Assembly: GCA_040752695.1 (NCBI GenBank) | Contig: JBFMGO010000057.1 | Span: forward strand, 1 to 34,931 | Direction: 5' to 3' | Length of the DNA: 34,931 bases | From: a bacterium | GTDB lineage: Bacteria > SZUA-182 > DTGQ01 | Shown: one piece after another, positions 34,909 to 34,931 of the stretch | Numbering within the stretch: the first letter of the stretch is position 1 | How the letters are laid out: the number at the start of each line of letters is the position of its first letter | The notes under the pieces: generated by a model | What the model saw: only the letters and a program-made list of their open reading frames with translations | What the model was told of the DNA's origin: nothing | Databases searched by the model: none | Position numbers and translations under genes: made by a program

Positions 34909-34931
34909 TTAATCTTTCCAAAGGTTATTAG
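34909..34931 (-). CDS. prkA: C-terminal end of a PrkA/YeaG serine kinase (partial)
   Basis: The minus strand reads ...N-N-L-W-K-D-stop, a C-terminus I recall for PrkA-family proteins, in the expected prkA-yeaH-spoVR position. Only 23 nt are visible. Confidence 0.6.

Noticed and set aside
32274..34931. Sporulation inferred from spoVR/yhbH
   Set aside because: prkA-yeaH-spoVR is widespread in non-sporulating bacteria, so it is an ordinary stress operon.

Overview
Bacterial chromosomal window of moderate GC (roughly 50-55% by eye, not computed), from a diderm organism: it encodes OM beta-barrels, an OmpA lipoprotein and a PEP-CTERM-like protein. The most notable part is 1-12136, a tightly coupled + strand operon. 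It joins myxobacterial Glt/Nfs-like envelope components (OM beta-barrel, GltC-like TPR protein, GltD/AgmU-like 1199-aa TPR protein) to Mts/CglB-like surface proteins (propeller-like lipoprotein, thrombospondin type 3 repeat protein, vWA-MIDAS lipoprotein, large repeat lipoprotein). These family assignments come from recalled motifs and need HMM confirmation. The rest of the window holds a 7-heme OTR/MmcA-like cytochrome c, two SAM methyltransferases, a small secreted protein behind a perfect sigma70 promoter and a long leader hairpin, an overlapping polX-ligA pair near a DUF4332 HhH gene, an omptin-like barrel, greA with a long structured leader, a chagasin-type inhibitor, an AI-2E transporter, an OmpA lipoprotein, a DUF2157-like protein, a decayed IS982 transposase, a one-repeat HAF/PEP-CTERM-like protein, an FmdE-like protein and the end of a prkA-yeaH-spoVR operon. 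Short tandem micro-duplications occur throughout. No tRNA, rRNA or CRISPR array was seen.
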